This document shows positions 20,899-29,344 of a stretch of 64,000 nucleotides of DNA, one piece after another. The stretch is from Gammaproteobacteria bacterium (GTDB taxonomy: Bacteria > Pseudomonadota > Gammaproteobacteria > Eutrophobiales > Eutrophobiaceae), in the NCBI GenBank assembly GCA_047620145.1, contig JBLHKO010000003.1:5436-69435 (forward strand), read 5' to 3'. Position 1 is the first letter of the stretch. Each line of letters opens with the position of its first letter. The position numbers and the translations under genes were made by a program. The notes below the pieces were generated by a model that was not told the DNA's origin, ran no database searches, and saw only the letters and a list, made by a program, of their open reading frames with translations.

Positions 20899-21043
20899 TC
20901 AAACCTATAATTAAGCGGCAATTATAAGCATCTTATTGCAAGTAATAAACATAATAGTAGAAATGTGCAGTTTCGATGCTTCCGTTATGAGGATATTATA
21001 CAAGTGAATCAGAATATATTCAGAAGAGAGCGGGATTATAAAA

Positions 21044-21679
21044 ATGACCAGCCGATGCAAAATAATATTAAAACTAATATTTTTATCATTCATTTGTTTA
21101 TTTATTACCGCGTGTAATGAAGATATCTATCCTATCGAGGTGTCTGAAGGATTTTGGCGAGCAGTGAAAAACAAGGATGCGAAAGCGATACAGAAATATT
21201 CAACAAACAATAGTTTGAAGGAGAATGAGATTAGTGAAAATATCTTACCGCTGGATGAGATTACATTAGGTAAGACTGTCATCGATGGTGAAAGCGCATG
21301 GGTTGATACGACGGTGACAATTTCAGGTGACAAACCATTTACGATTCCACTTAGAACGGAGTTGATAAGAGAAAATGATCGATGGAAGGTAGATTATGAT
21401 GCAACCATAAAACTGGTATCCCAAGGAAGTTCAGTTTCCAGTGTTATCAATAGCATTAGAAATATGAGTAAGGATCTTGCTGAAGAACTTACTCAATCGA
21501 TGGAAGAGATGCAAAAGACCATCCCGCAAGTCAAAGAAGAGGTTGAAGAGATGGAAGAATCATTACTTGAGCATCTCCCGGAATTGAAAAAACAAATAGA
21601 AGAATTTGTAAGAGAGCTTAAAGATGCGATAGAAGGCTTAGGTAGTGAAGCTGAAGAGTCAACGCCAACAGAGACCTAA
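21044..21679 (+). CDS. putative lipoprotein, NTF2-like N-domain + acidic coiled-coil tail
   Basis: Signal peptide with lipobox FITAC. The EGFWRAVKNKDAKAIQKY region resembles DUF4878-type domains. The C-terminus is rich in E and K. Confidence 0.5.
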   Translation: MTSRCKIILKLIFLSFICLFITACNEDIYPIEVSEGFWRAVKNKDAKAIQKYSTNNSLKENEISENILPLDEITLGKTVIDGESAWVDTTVTISGDKPFTIPLRTELIRENDRWKVDYDATIKLVSQGSSVSSVINSIRNMSKDLAEELTQSMEEMQKTIPQVKEEVEEMEESLLEHLPELKKQIEEFVRELKDAIEGLGSEAEESTPTET

Positions 21680-21804
21680 TCATTCTGACTCTTTGTTGAA
21701 GGTCGTTTACACAGGGCTATTTACTTTATGTGGTGGCTCTATTACTCTCTGATTGTCGGGCAATTAACGTTAATTTAAGTTGGGGCGATTGGGGAATCGG
21801 TAAT

Positions 21805-22278
21805 ATGAAAATCATGACTTCTGTATCATTACTTATCATATTAATTTTCACATCAAATGCTTGGGCGGTAGAGCTGGTCGATGAGCAACAGGCTACTTTC
21901 TACTACAATATTCCTTTCGGCGGTGTTAAAAAGTCAGATAATGCGCACAAATTCGGGTTTCGCGTGGATAGAGTTACCGTTGACCAATCAACAGGTCAAT
22001 ACAGTAACTCAAGAAATATTAACGATCTATTGAGAAAAAATGCATCATTGGATTTTCAAATGGGACGTAGTGGTGTCAAGTCATTCAAGATGCATGGTTA
22101 TGATTATTTGCCTTACTTTGTTAGCAGAGCTGATGAAAACGGCGAAGCCAGCGATCCAGAGACTAGTGAGCCAGTTAAAGATGAGGAGAAAAAATTCATA
22201 GAGTTACCCGAATTGAATCAAACATCTTTTGGTCTGTTACTCGGTGTTGGAATTGGTATTATCGCGATAGCTCTTTAG
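21805..22278 (+). CDS. hypothetical secreted/membrane-anchored protein
   Basis: I moved the start to MKIMTSVSLLIILIFTSNAWA (signal peptide). There is a C-terminal hydrophobic anchor, GLLLGVGIGIIAIAL. Confidence 0.45.
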   Translation: MKIMTSVSLLIILIFTSNAWAVELVDEQQATFYYNIPFGGVKKSDNAHKFGFRVDRVTVDQSTGQYSNSRNINDLLRKNASLDFQMGRSGVKSFKMHGYDYLPYFVSRADENGEASDPETSEPVKDEEKKFIELPELNQTSFGLLLGVGIGIIAIAL

Positions 22279-22302
22279 CAGGATTTTCTAGGTAGAATAG
22301 TA

Positions 22303-22569
22303 TTATATTCCCATATTACTAAGCGTCACCATAATGTCATTGATGATGGCGGTTGCACGAGGATGCTTAGTTTCAAAGTGCTCTACAGATTCCTTGAGAC
22401 CGGATAGTAGTTCCGAATGTTTCTTGTTTTGTTCTTCAGCCTCGAGACCTGATTCAATCTCCTGAAGGATACTTTCAAGTTTTTCTTTTGAAGTATCCTC
22501 ATCAGCATGCAACGTTTTTATTTCGTCACGCAGTTTCTCAATATCATCTCTTAATTTATTTTCAGGCAT
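22303..22569 (-). CDS. DUF4404-like small helical protein
   Basis: 88 aa. The C-terminal HFETKHPRATAIINDIMVTLSNMGI matches my memory of the DUF4404 signature. Confidence 0.55.
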   Translation of the reverse strand: MPENKLRDDIEKLRDEIKTLHADEDTSKEKLESILQEIESGLEAEEQNKKHSELLSGLKESVEHFETKHPRATAIINDIMVTLSNMGI

Positions 22570-22650
22570 TATGATCGTCTTTGTTATGTGAGAATAATTA
22601 TAGTATAGCTATGTCTGCGGCAAGATGAACCGATTTTTAATCTCATTAAG

Positions 22651-22675
22651 TGGTGGGCCCGGTAGGACTTGAACC
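22651..22675 (-). repeat. orphan 3' fragment of tRNA-Ile2 (distal att-like direct repeat)
   Basis: tggtgggcccggtaggacttgaacc is identical to 24413-24437 and in the same orientation. That segment is the 3' acceptor/T-arm end of the intact tRNA. Confidence 0.85.
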
Positions 22676-23449
22676 GGTACTGACAACTTAACTCCCGAAA
22701 TTGGATAATACGGGAATGCATACATACAAACGTCACCGGTTTTCACCCGATATCATTAGCTACGCTGTCTGGCTTTACTTTCGGTTCAATCTCAGCCATC
22801 GAGATATTGAAGATCTCTTGGCACAGCGTGGCATTATTGTCAGCTATGAATCCATCAGGTTATGGTGCATCAAATTTGGTCGAAGATATGCCAGACGATT
22901 GAAGCGCCGACACCAAGGCTATGGCGACACATTCTATATCGACGAAGTCTTTGTAAAGATAAACGGCAAGCAACAGTATCTATGGAGAGCCGTTGACCAA
23001 GATGGTGAAGTTGTTGATGTATTTCTACAGTTGCGCAGAGATGGTGCAGCAGCAAAGCGATTCTTCAAACGTCTGCTGCGGAGACATGGTGGTGAGCCTA
23101 GGGAAATCGTAACAGATAAACTGCGAAGCTATGGCGTCGCTCATCGTGAACTGGTTCCGGACACTATCCATAATACGTCAAAGTATGCCAACAATAGGGC
23201 GGAATTATCTCATCAGCCGACGAGAGTCAGAGAGCGAGGGATGAGGCGATTCAAGTCGGCATCGCAGGCGCAACGATTTCTGGGGACCCATGCTGCAGTC
23301 TATAATCTTTTCAATCTTGGACGACATCTTGTAGGCGCTGAACATTATAGAAAACTCAGGACAGATGCGTTTGGACAATGGACAAGAGCCGTGGCCTGAT
23401 TCAGATCAATGGATTTCTGCTTGGCTATTGGAGTTAAGTTGTCAGTACC
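22676..23449 (+). mobile_element. IS6-family insertion sequence (774 bp)
   Basis: Perfect 20-bp terminal inverted repeats GGTACTGACAACTTAACTCC (22676-22695, and reverse-complemented at 23430-23449) flank a single IS26-like transposase gene. The flanking 8-mers differ (cttgaacc vs cctcgtta), so there is no target-site duplication. Confidence 0.88.
22716..23399 (+). CDS. IS6 family DDE transposase
   Basis: About 227 aa. HRFSPDIISYAVWLYFRFNLSHRDIEDLL, FYIDEVFVKINGK, YLWRAVDQDGEVVD and NNRAELSHQPTRVRER are colinear with the IS26/IS257 transposase as I recall it. Confidence 0.9.
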   Translation: MHTYKRHRFSPDIISYAVWLYFRFNLSHRDIEDLLAQRGIIVSYESIRLWCIKFGRRYARRLKRRHQGYGDTFYIDEVFVKINGKQQYLWRAVDQDGEVVDVFLQLRRDGAAAKRFFKRLLRRHGGEPREIVTDKLRSYGVAHRELVPDTIHNTSKYANNRAELSHQPTRVRERGMRRFKSASQAQRFLGTHAAVYNLFNLGRHLVGAEHYRKLRTDAFGQWTRAVA

Positions 23450-23456
23450 CCTCGTT

Positions 23457-24170
23457 ATGCAGGGTGAGTATGTGAATAACTCTACAGCAGCCCTTTTCAA
23501 GTGCAGCGAGGGACATGTTTGGGAGACTCCGCCAGCTAGCGTTCTAAGCGGCTCAGGTTGCCCGCATTGCTATGGAAAGAACCTTCCACTAACGAATGAG
23601 ATCGTGAACGAGCGGATTGCCGATCGGGGTTTCGTCTTGCTGGATGAGTACATAAACAATACGGTTAAACGTCGGTTCCAATGCAGCGAGGGGCATGTTT
23701 GGGAAACCGCACCGGCTAACGTGCTAATCGGCCGAGGTTGCCCGGTCTGCGCTGAACGAACATCTGACAACGATATTTTTTACTTGTGGATAGCAGGTCC
23801 ACAAGAACTTGTACAGTTAAGAGATGGCGAATTCCTGCTCAAGTATGGTGTCACCAGTGAGCGTCGGGAGGGTTTACGCATTAAAGAGGTCGGTTGGGCC
23901 TGGAACACCACTCCAAACGTACTCGCAGTAGTCAAAACCTTTGGGCCTGCTACCTGGGCCGAGCAAACGGTTAACGGTATTGGTCGGTGTTTAGCTTCGG
24001 ACTATTCATACCTAGATGGCTGGACTGAATTTCGCATAGTAAATGAAACTGAGCTGGCTCAGTTCATGGCGATTGCAGCCGAGGCGGCTGAGTATAAGAT
24101 TGTCTGGGAAAACCCGGTCCCGCACGTAAAGGAATACCACTTAAAACAGCTGAAACTTGGTCTCCAATAG
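23457..24170 (+). CDS. double zinc-ribbon (DUF4379-like) + T5orf172/GIY-YIG-like domain protein, probably 5'-truncated by the IS
   Basis: Two copies of EY(V/I)NN...F(K/Q)CSEGHVWET.P..VL.G.GCP.C. The C-terminal domain has FYLW..(14)..LKYGVTS...R, then DGWTEFRIV. The ORF-track start at 23409 lies inside the IS right end. The first ATG outside the IS is 23457. Confidence 0.55.
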   Translation: MQGEYVNNSTAALFKCSEGHVWETPPASVLSGSGCPHCYGKNLPLTNEIVNERIADRGFVLLDEYINNTVKRRFQCSEGHVWETAPANVLIGRGCPVCAERTSDNDIFYLWIAGPQELVQLRDGEFLLKYGVTSERREGLRIKEVGWAWNTTPNVLAVVKTFGPATWAEQTVNGIGRCLASDYSYLDGWTEFRIVNETELAQFMAIAAEAAEYKIVWENPVPHVKEYHLKQLKLGLQ

Positions 24171-24412
24171 TAATGTCTGCTATTGGCTGCCATTTCAACC
24201 GGTCGCTGCAACACATACACTGGCGTACGAAAACTGACACATCCAGCCCATCACCATTAATTAATAGTAATCACCAAATCAGCACCAAAAAAAGCACCAA
24301 CTACCCCCAAATTGCTTGTCTCGCCACGCTTTCGGCCCCGGATGGGTGAGGAAATCCCAGACTCCAAAAATCCATTGGTGCAATTTCTATAACTTCATGA
24401 TTTCTATGGAAA

Positions 24413-24489
24413 TGGTGGGCCCGGTAGGACTTGAACCTACGACCAATGGATTATGAGTCCACTGCTCTAACCAGCTGAGCTACAGGCCC
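24413..24489 (-). tRNA. ileX: tRNA-Ile2 (anticodon CAT, lysidine-modified type)
   Basis: The reverse complement reads GGGCCTGTAGCTCAGCTGGTTAGAGCAGTGGACTCATAATCCATTGGTCGTAGGTTCAAGTCCTACCGGGCCCACCA. The cloverleaf is valid. The body resembles E. coli ileX (GACTCATAATC..TTGGTCG..GGTTCAAGTCC) rather than Met tRNAs, with C4-G69 and C5-G68 pairs. It lies just downstream of rpoD, as ileX does in E. coli. Confidence 0.8.
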
Positions 24490-24520
24490 GAATAGGAGAG
24501 TTGGTTACAACAATACTTAC

Positions 24521-26359
24521 TTACGAATCAAGGAAGGTACTAAGCTGTTCTGACCTTGAGGGATGTCTAAGTTTCCTCAATGCTTTAGCTTCGATCTGGC
24601 GAATACGTTCACGAGTCACATCAAACTGTTTACCCACTTCTTCCAAAGTATGATCAGTATTCATGTCAATTCCAAAGCGCATGCGCAGGACTTTTGCTTC
24701 TCTAGGCGTCAGGCCAGCCAGTGCTTCTTTTGTTGAACGACGTAGTCCTTCAAATCCGGCAGAGTCACTGGGCGCCAGTATATTGGCATCTTCAATAAAG
24801 TCACCAAGATGAGAGTCTTCATCATCGCCAATGGGTGTTTCCATAGAAATAGGTTCCTTGGCAATCTTCAGGACTTTGCGTACTTTCTCTTCTGGCATCT
24901 CCATTTTTTCTGCAAGTTCTTCCGGGGTTGGTTCTCTGCCCATCTCCTGAAGTATCTGTCTGGAAATACGATTGAGTTTGTTAATCGTTTCTATCATATG
25001 CACAGGTATGCGTATGGTACGTGCTTGATCAGCAATCGAACGTGTAATTGCTTGGCGAATCCACCAGGTTGCATAAGTAGAAAATTTATAGCCTCTCCGA
25101 TATTCGAATTTATCAACAGCTTTCATCAAACCTATGTTTCCTTCCTGAATCAGATCAAGAAATAACAGTCCACGATTGGTGTATTTCTTTGCAATAGAAA
25201 TAACCAGACGCAGATTAGCCTCTACCATTTCTTTCTTTGCTCGACGCGCTTGTGCTTCGCCAATAGAAATATTCCGGTTTATTTCTTTCATGTCAGTGAT
25301 GGTTAAATCAGATTCACCAAACAATATAATTAGTTTCTCCTGAATCTTGAGGATATCATCCTGATTTTCCTTGATTGCATTGGCGTAAGGTTTCTTTGAT
25401 AGGGCAACATTTTTTACCCAATCAGTATTGATTTCATTGCCAGGAAAAGTCTCGATAAATTCTTTGCGTGGCATCTCGCATTCCTTGACACAAATTTTCA
25501 GAATTTCGCGTTCAGATGTTCGTATAATGCTGATGATATCCTGGACATTTCTGATCAAAATCTCAAAGAATTTTGGCGACAGCTTTAACTCTAGAAAATT
25601 GGTGGTCAGTTCTTCCTGAAGTTCTTTTGTTTTCTTATGGTCTCTGCCATATTTTTTCAGAGCCTTCATTGTTTTCACATATTGTTTGGCAAGAGGCTCG
25701 ACTGTTTCACGTACTTCCTCAATCGATAATACGTAAACTTCTACTTCTTCGTCATCTTCCGTGTCATTATTTTCTGCGTCTGGATTAACTTGCTGTGGAA
25801 CCCGGCCACTGTCCGGGTAATAAGAATGATCCTGAAAACCAACCACCAGATCGCTGAGTTTATATTCTGCATTCTCAACGGCAGCATAGGTTTTTAAAAA
25901 GGTATTGATTGTTCCCGGAAATGAGCAAAGGCCTGTTAAGACTTGAATGATGCCTTGTTCTATACGCTTGGCGATTTTGATTTCACCTTCACGGGTCAGT
26001 AAGTCAACGGTACCCATCTCGCGCATATACATACGTACAGGGTCTGTGGTGCGACCAAATTCACTTTCAACGCTAGCAAGCGCCGCGGCTGCCTCGGCGG
26101 CGGCTTCTTCATCTGGACCTTCGGTACTATCGGTCATGATGATGTCCATATCAGGCGGAGATTCGTATACCTTTATCCCCATATCATTAATCATGTTAAT
26201 GATATCTTCGATTTGTTCTGGATCGACAATGCCATCAGGCAGGTGGTCATTAACCTCGGCATAGGTCAGATAGCCCTGTTCTTTACCTTTGGCAATCAAG
26301 ACTTTTAGCTGAGACTGCTCGGCTTTTTTGGTTGTTGGTTGCTTCTCTAATTCTTCCAT
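24521..26359 (-). CDS. rpoD: RNA polymerase sigma-70 factor
   Basis: [26 protein letters not shown] matches the E. coli N-terminus. It has an acidic non-conserved region, [14 protein letters not shown], and [19 protein letters not shown] moved the start to the ATG (MEELEKQ). Confidence 0.97.
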   Translation of the reverse strand: MEELEKQPTTKKAEQSQLKVLIAKGKEQGYLTYAEVNDHLPDGIVDPEQIEDIINMINDMGIKVYESPPDMDIIMTDSTEGPDEEAAAEAAAALASVESEFGRTTDPVRMYMREMGTVDLLTREGEIKIAKRIEQGIIQVLTGLCSFPGTINTFLKTYAAVENAEYKLSDLVVGFQDHSYYPDSGRVPQQVNPDAENNDTEDDEEVEVYVLSIEEVRETVEPLAKQYVKTMKALKKYGRDHKKTKELQEELTTNFLELKLSPKFFEILIRNVQDIISIIRTSEREILKICVKECEMPRKEFIETFPGNEINTDWVKNVALSKKPYANAIKENQDDILKIQEKLIILFGESDLTITDMKEINRNISIGEAQARRAKKEMVEANLRLVISIAKKYTNRGLLFLDLIQEGNIGLMKAVDKFEYRRGYKFSTYATWWIRQAITRSIADQARTIRIPVHMIETINKLNRISRQILQEMGREPTPEELAEKMEMPEEKVRKVLKIAKEPISMETPIGDDEDSHLGDFIEDANILAPSDSAGFEGLRRSTKEALAGLTPREAKVLRMRFGIDMNTDHTLEEVGKQFDVTRERIRQIEAKALRKLRHPSRSEQLSTFLDS

Positions 26360-26521
26360 CGCGTGTCCAGCTAGGGCCAATATGGCCTGCTCATCTCCAG
26401 ATAATTTACTTGCTTATGAACTTCTCGGATTACAAAACCGTTAAGTGACTGTTTATGAAGGGGAAACAACTTTCCCCAAACGGTCAATTATAGCATAGTT
26501 TCTGGGACATGCCAGTATGAT

Positions 26522-28267
26522 CTACTCTTCAGTGTTGGTGATAGGGGGGTGCAGGTTGCGTAAGTCATCTATATTCTGGATATTCTGCTTTTGCTTTTTT
26601 CGTAACTGAAGGTCGTAGTCGTCTCTGATTTTATTAATGATCTCCAGAAAGCCCTCTTTAATCGCCTCTGGTTCGGTGAGTAAATTATCTTTGATTGACA
26701 ACTCTTTCAGCCGTTTTTCATATTTACTGTCACGCCAATGTTCCAATATACCCGCACAAGATATCTCAGGCCGTTGGTGCACCAATGCCAATAACTCGCG
26801 AAGGAACTCCATGCCCTGTGTCTCGATATCGCTTAAGGCGTCTGGCTCAATAACCCTACCCAATTCCGGGTTCTGTATCAAAAAACTAATGGCATTGGCG
26901 AGTAAGGTGCTGTGCTCTTTGTTTAGTTGATTTGTTGAAACAAGGTGTAGAGCTTGAGTTTTTTTTACGGGAGCCTGTTTTTTCTCAATCAGGTTTTTAA
27001 GGCTGTCGAAATTCATGTCTGCCAGCTTGGCAACATCTTTAATCAGTATTTCTCGGAATGCACCAGCTGGAAGTTTGGCGACCAAAGGGATGATCCCCTC
27101 AACGAGTTGCCCCATTCCTTCAGGGCTATCCAGATTGGTTTCTTGTTTAAATTTGTCTATCAAATAATTTGAAAGAGGCACGTAATTATCCGTATTCTCA
27201 AATTTCTCACGTCCGTACTTTTGTACATAGGTATCCGGATCGTCACCTTCGGGCATAAACATAAAATGAATCTGGCGACCTTCTTTTAACAAAGGCAAAG
27301 CAATTTCCATGGCGCGCCATGCCGCTTTTTGACCTGCACTATCGCCATCAAAACAAAAAATGATCTGTGGGCAGACTCGATAAAGTCTTTCCAGATGATT
27401 TTCTGTGACAGCCGTACCCAAAGAGGCAACGACATTCCTTATCCCGTATTGGGCGAGCGCAAGTACATCCATATAGCCTTCAACAATATAGATACGTTCC
27501 ATATCCTTGAGTTGATGCCGCGCCTGGAACAGACCATACAATTCTCTGCCTTTATGAAATATTGGTGTCTCTGGTGAGTTTAGATATTTCGGTAGACTGT
27601 CATCAAAGACCCTGCCACCAAAACCAATTGCCCGGCCACGTTGATCGCGGATCGGGAAAATAATACGGTCTCGAAATCGGTCATAATAACCACCATTGTC
27701 TTTTTCCAGTGTCATACCAATCTGCGCGAGGCGTTGTTTCGCAGCTTCGGAAGTGCCCAAAGCATTCAGCAAAATATCCCAGCCCGGAGGTGCAAAGCCC
27801 AATTCAAACTCTTTGGCCAGCTCGCCGGAGAGACCTCTCTCCTTTAGATAATCTACTGCACGATGGGCTTCTGGGGATTCACGCAGTTGCCGACAGAAAT
27901 GCCGAACCACTAGCTCCATCAATTCATAAAGCTCAGCGTTATCTTTGGTCTTGCTAAAATCACCTTGTTCTCGAGGGACCTCCACCCCAACACGTGAGGC
28001 CAGTTCTTCAACAGCCTCAATAAAATCGAGGCCGTTGTAATCCATCAGAAAACTGAGCGCGGTACCATGTGCACCACAACCGAAGCAGTGATAAAACTGT
28101 TTGGTTTGGCTTACAGTGAAAGAGGGCGATTTTTCATCATGAAACGGGCAACAAGCTTTAAAGTCCCTGCCAGCTTTTTTCAGAGGCACAGAGCTATCGA
28201 CGATGTCGACGATGTCGACACGTGTGAGTAAATCATCAATAAAATGTTGTGGGATCAAGCCAGCCAT
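26522..28267 (-). CDS. dnaG: DNA primase
   Basis: Zinc finger CPFHDEKSPSFTV..YHCFGCGAHG, a TOPRIM domain (IVEGYMDV, DGDSAGQKAA), and a C-terminal DnaB-interaction domain. I moved the start to the ATG (MAGLIPQHF). Confidence 0.95.
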   Translation of the reverse strand: MAGLIPQHFIDDLLTRVDIVDIVDSSVPLKKAGRDFKACCPFHDEKSPSFTVSQTKQFYHCFGCGAHGTALSFLMDYNGLDFIEAVEELASRVGVEVPREQGDFSKTKDNAELYELMELVVRHFCRQLRESPEAHRAVDYLKERGLSGELAKEFELGFAPPGWDILLNALGTSEAAKQRLAQIGMTLEKDNGGYYDRFRDRIIFPIRDQRGRAIGFGGRVFDDSLPKYLNSPETPIFHKGRELYGLFQARHQLKDMERIYIVEGYMDVLALAQYGIRNVVASLGTAVTENHLERLYRVCPQIIFCFDGDSAGQKAAWRAMEIALPLLKEGRQIHFMFMPEGDDPDTYVQKYGREKFENTDNYVPLSNYLIDKFKQETNLDSPEGMGQLVEGIIPLVAKLPAGAFREILIKDVAKLADMNFDSLKNLIEKKQAPVKKTQALHLVSTNQLNKEHSTLLANAISFLIQNPELGRVIEPDALSDIETQGMEFLRELLALVHQRPEISCAGILEHWRDSKYEKRLKELSIKDNLLTEPEAIKEGFLEIINKIRDDYDLQLRKKQKQNIQNIDDLRNLHPPITNTEE

Positions 28268-28468
28268 AATCAGTGATGAGTATACCAATAAATTTAAGTA
28301 ACACTCGGCTTGCGATAGGCCTAGTGATCGGTTTGGGGATCGGCCTAGGATTTGGTCTAGTGGTCGGCCAATGGATTATCCAGGGAGTTTCAGGAAATAC
28401 TTCAGGGAGCGCTTCAAGGTGACTACCAAAGAGACTTACTTGGCATCTGAGATAATGACAATGCCTGT

Positions 28469-28915
28469 TTAGCTAAGTTGTTGCTTGACCAGACCGCTGA
28501 CCTTGCCCATGTCAGCACGACCTTGTAGTTGTGGCTTTAAAACACCCATCACCTTACCCATGTCTTTGGCAGATTCTGCACCGGATTGTGTGATGGCATC
28601 GGAGACCATCTGGGAAATTTCATCATCTGTTAATTGCGCTGGCAGGAACTCTTGTACGATAGCCAATTCCATCTTTTCTTTATCAGCCAGATCATTACGT
28701 TTGGCTTCTTCAAACTGTTGAATCGAATCACGGTGTTGCTTGGCCATTTTATCAAGAATGGTTAGAACCTGAGTGTCATCAAGCTCAATACGCTCATCAA
28801 CTTCTTTCTGTTTGAATGCTGCCGTGATCATGCGTAAGACGCCCAGACGCTCCTTGTTTTTACTGCGCATGGCAGTTTTAACATCGTCATTAATGCGTTG
28901 TTTAATTGCACTCAC
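28469..28915 (-). CDS. GatB/YqeY domain protein
   Basis: 148 aa YqeY-like protein lying between rpsU and dnaG, as in many non-enteric gammaproteobacteria. Confidence 0.85.
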   Translation of the reverse strand: MSAIKQRINDDVKTAMRSKNKERLGVLRMITAAFKQKEVDERIELDDTQVLTILDKMAKQHRDSIQQFEEAKRNDLADKEKMELAIVQEFLPAQLTDDEISQMVSDAITQSGAESAKDMGKVMGVLKPQLQGRADMGKVSGLVKQQLS

Positions 28916-28960
28916 AAGCTGGGGAGGGACTAGGTTGGAAGGATTTAAATCAAACCGTGT

Positions 28961-29176
28961 CTAGTAAAGGCGAACACGTTTGTTTAATTCTTTCGAGACT
29001 TTCTTCTGATGGCGTTTTACGGCAGCAGCAGCTTTGCGTTTTCTTACCTGCGTTGGTTTTTCATAAAACTCGCGCTTGTGCACATCTGCTAAAGTACCGG
29101 CTTTTTCACAAGTACGTTTGAAGCGGCGTAATGCAATATCAAAAGGTTCGTTGTCTCTTACTCTTACTGATGGCAT
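28961..29176 (-). CDS. rpsU: 30S ribosomal protein S21
   Basis: 71 aa. [27 protein letters not shown]. Confidence 0.97.
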   Translation of the reverse strand: MPSVRVRDNEPFDIALRRFKRTCEKAGTLADVHKREFYEKPTQVRKRKAAAAVKRHQKKVSKELNKRVRLY

Positions 29177-29344
29177 ATAATTATTGTTCCTAAATATTAT
29201 TGTTGCTGGCCAAATAGTGTCCAGCTAGACCGGAAAAGCCCGTAATTCTAGTGTCTGGGCGCAGAAATGCAATAATTATTAGTGTTTATGGGCTTATTTA
29301 GCGCCGTTTTGGAGATTTTAATGTTAGAAAATGAGAATACTTGA

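Noticed and set aside
25947-26264. A 105-aa plus-strand ORF, Ala/Ser-rich, inside rpoD.
   Set aside because: It is the mirror image of the acidic, GAA/GCC-rich non-conserved region of sigma-70. It is a shadow ORF.
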